DNA from: Anthoceros angustus
Taxonomy: Eukaryota > Plantae > Anthocerotophyta
Assembly (NCBI GenBank): GCA_010909165.1
Contig: MU008209.1
Location: forward strand, 62,001 to 126,000
DNA length: 64,000 nucleotides
Direction of reading: 5' to 3'
Below are positions 60,831-64,000 of the stretch, in pieces. The stretch's first letter is position 1, and every line of letters begins with the position of its first letter. A program made the translations under genes and the position numbers. The notes beneath the pieces are model-generated. The model worked only from the letters and a program-made list of their open reading frames with translations, was not told where the DNA came from and made no database searches.

Positions 60831-63800
60831 ACCGTGGGTCAAGGACGACTTGCCTTGTACATAGAGTTCTCCCTTAGAGCTCGGATCCATGCGCCTTCAA
60901 TCCCCACCATCCGCACTTTGTTATTTTGAATTCCATTCCCACCTAGTCGTAGTAGGCGGACTCGAAGGACCATTACTTGGATGTCGCTCCATCGGAAATT
61001 GAGCCTCATTATCCATAGTCCACCCGTGGATCGCGATGTAGATGCATCCCGAACTGCGTGGCGGTCATGTTCCACCATTTGGAGAGGTGTCCGCCGACGG
61101 CCGAATGTGAGAAATGGCGTTCCTTGGGGATACCTCGGGAGATGAGGATTTCATTGGAGGTGCTTTGGCCCTTGACGAGGCGCATCACGCCCGGACGGTC
61201 TCAAACCACATAGCTTTGAGCGAGGGTGGAGAGGGTATCCCTCGCGATCTATCGCGACCTATCACTGCACGAGGGCGTGAGAGCAGATCCTATCTCTGCG
61301 ACGGCGAGAGGCTTATAGTGTTCCTTGGGGATGCCACGAGATATGAGGATCTCCTCAGGTATTTTGGCCTTTGAGGGAGGCGTATCTTCCTCCTCGAGCA
61401 GTTTCAAGCTATCGATCTTGGTGTAGGAAGGGTGTCAAGTGTATGATTTTAGAAATGAGGCCAATTTCCACAGTCTCAATGCGTTTTTGAGATCCGTAAA
61501 GTAGATAAAACCGCCTTGTGTGCTGGTGTGTTTGAGAGGAACCAGGGGCAAGGGTGATGTTGCCATCGAGCCCCTGCCACCCTGTGTGACTCTTATTTGT
61601 ATGGTGGACCGAGGTTGAAGAGGTCATGTTGTGTCGCCACGCGATCAGTGGAGAATACCTTCATGAATACTAGGAGCGTGATAAGGCACCACCTCGAGGT
61701 CGATGGAGGGAGCGCTCGGGCCAGGCGGATCTAATCCACTTTGTATGTCGGAAGATCATGAGGTTATTTGTAGGAGAACAACACGTAGCCATTGTGCCAA
61801 GCTTGGGGGCAAGTTTTGGGACTTCATGGGAGCCGCCAGACGGGTCCTCGTTCCCTATGTGCCGAATGTGAGAGGGCTTATAGTGTTCCTTGGTGGATGC
61901 CACGAGATATGAGGATCTCCTCCGAGGGTGTTTTGGCCTTTGAGGAGGCGCATCTTTCCTCCTCGATCGGTTTCAAGCTATCGATCTTGAGAGATGAGTG
62001 TAGAGGAGTCAAGTGTATGATTTTGGAAATGAGGCCAATTTCCACGGTCCGAATCGTTCTTGAGATCCGTAAAGTGGATAAAACCGCCTTGTGTGCTTAG
62101 TTCGAGAACCAAGACAAGGGTGATGTTGCCATCGAGGCACCCCGCCACTCCGGTGTGACTCTTATTTGTATGGTGGATCGGAGGTTAGGCGGTCTGGAGT
62201 CTGTGAGTCGCTCCCGATCAGGAGAAGACCTTCATGAATCCGGAGCAGGCGTGATAGGCGCCAACTCACTGAGGTCGATGATGGGCCGTGGCTTGGGGGC
62301 TAGGCGGACGATTCCACTGTATGTCCGGGAAGATGCATGAGGTTATGGTAGGAGAATACGAGACGAGCCATTGTGCCAAGCTTGGGGGGCAAAGTTTTAG
62401 GACTTCATAGAGAGCTGCATCCCGGTCTAGTTTCCCATCCCCTTTCTGGATACATGTGGAGATCTCTTTGAGTTGGTTGATGAAGGTTCAGGGCCCTTCA
62501 AGCTCGAGATCTTGTAGTATTGTCTCTGCAACGCATACAGGGGTGAAAGCAGAAGGAAGGGTGAGCTCCTTCCTCACCACAGTCTTTGTCCTTGACATTC
62601 GCCACCCAATAACAAGAGTGGCCAGGCCTGGCCTCTAGTTCGAGCCGGCCCTAGAAACCATTGTGGAACCCACGGTCTTGCTAGTATCTCGTTTATCCGG
62701 ACGGATGGGGACTCCGTTTGAAGGAGCGAGTTGGATCGGGCGCCCTAATGGGAGGTTACCTTGAGGCATTGAGAGGGGCCAATGTTTTGCAAGTATCTTC
62801 GTGCTAGGTCATTGAGTAGAGAGCGGACCTTGAGCTCGAGGAGCTCCATGGTGGTGTAGTCAGCCGAGTTCCTTTGCAAGCGTCTCCATAAAGCATTTGA
62901 TCATCGAAGGAGGCTTGTGACTTGTTTTCGAAAGCTTCCAACATTGTTCGGGTCGGGTCTGCACGTGAGGGCGATAGGGGAGAAGGTGAACCCTTCTGCT
63001 CGTTCCACTTGTGGCTCTAGTGCCAACTCCCCCAATGCGGGCTCGAGAGGAGTGTGAGGGCGTCGGTAACGGGACACATAGAGTACCCTCTTCTTTTGTT
63101 GAGTGTCGATCCATCTCTCTTTCAAGACGGACAGGAGAGCCTCGGCCATGGGAAGGGGCGAGGTGGTCATTGGTCCAAAGGGGCTCAAGGTCCCAGCCTT
63201 GAGGCCTCAGCTATATACAAGGGGCGTAACCTTGGGCGGGGTCCTCCTTGGGCCTGTGGTTGTGATGCCCACCCTAGGGGAGCGTGTTGCCTTCTTGTTA
63301 TCCTTTCCCATATTGTTCTTATCTCGGGAGAGGAGGCGGGGCGGGATGAGGCGGGATCGGGAGGCTCTTGGTCCCAAGGACTCGAACTTGCCCTCCCTTC
63401 CCGCACATTTCTCGATTGGTTGCAACTCTCAAAGGGTTCTTGTCTCACCGGTCGAGAGTCCAAGGGGTTTCGGCTTGGTTGTGGGACCTTGAGTCTTGAC
63501 CCTTTCTCTTCCTTCAACTTTCATCATCTATGCTTTTTGGGGCGGTTCGTCCTTCCTCCGAGTGTGGAGTCATGTCTCACAGGGGCAGGCGTATCTACCC
63601 TGTTTGAGCACATTTCTCGATTGTTCTAGTGTCTCATATGTTTTAATAGGAGATCCTTGTTATGAGTAGTCACCCTAGATTGTTTGGGCCATCTCATCAG
63701 GAGGGAAGGGACTTCTCCTTCACTCTTATCCATGGTTCCATGTTAAGTAGTTCGGGAGACTTAGTGCGAAGCCTTGGCGCCATGTCCCGAAGAGTGCAAG

Positions 63801-64000
63801 CAGGCTTGGAAGAGTGCACTTCTCTCCCGGCGGGTAAACCGCAGCGTGAGTTAGCTCGTCCAAGCGAGACCAGCCAGCCAAGGAGGCGCAGACCAAGTGT
63901 ATATACGCCGGAATTGAGACTCGACACAAAGTTGGATCAAGTCAACCGTTGTTGAGCGCCAGGACATCGGCGCTAACCCCGACCCGTCACAACGCGGTCT

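Larger units (their letters stand above)
57450..64000. repeat. Segmental duplicate of ~46560-53730 (GRDP 3' part, PPR, satellite, unclassified element, start of 28S fragment)
   Basis: Collinear high similarity throughout. The window ends at CTAACC...CGGTCT, the same 28S boundary as 53711. Confidence 0.9.

Overview
Eukaryotic nuclear DNA from a seed-free land plant. Hornwort-like is the best inference: compact genes with ~100-nt introns and PPR editing factors with a DYW:KP/GRP terminus. 6.7-12 kb is an intact gene cluster (PEBP, SAP30BP/HCNGP-like, cis-prenyltransferase). 13.2-17.2 kb is a PLS-class PPR gene with a DYW:KP domain ending in GRP, the class linked to U-to-C editing. It also carries an N-terminal motif matching the PDF ssDNA-binding motif of OSB proteins. 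Two decayed paralogues (47-49 kb, 58-60 kb) lack that motif and most of the DYW domain. The rest is TE-rich: a pogo-like element that captured an intron-containing LEO1/VIP4 fragment, a large DNA transposon with a GHTH-motif transposase and a possible amino-methyltransferase ORF, a nested Gypsy remnant encoding a C5 DNA methyltransferase, a hAT MITE, an intronless papain-family protease with a repeat-built N-terminus, GRDP pseudogenes, minisatellites and a broken 28S rDNA fragment. Several near-identical duplicated blocks differ mostly by 1-nt indels, so some duplications and frameshifts may be long-read assembly errors. All family assignments come from motif recognition by eye; no searches were run.
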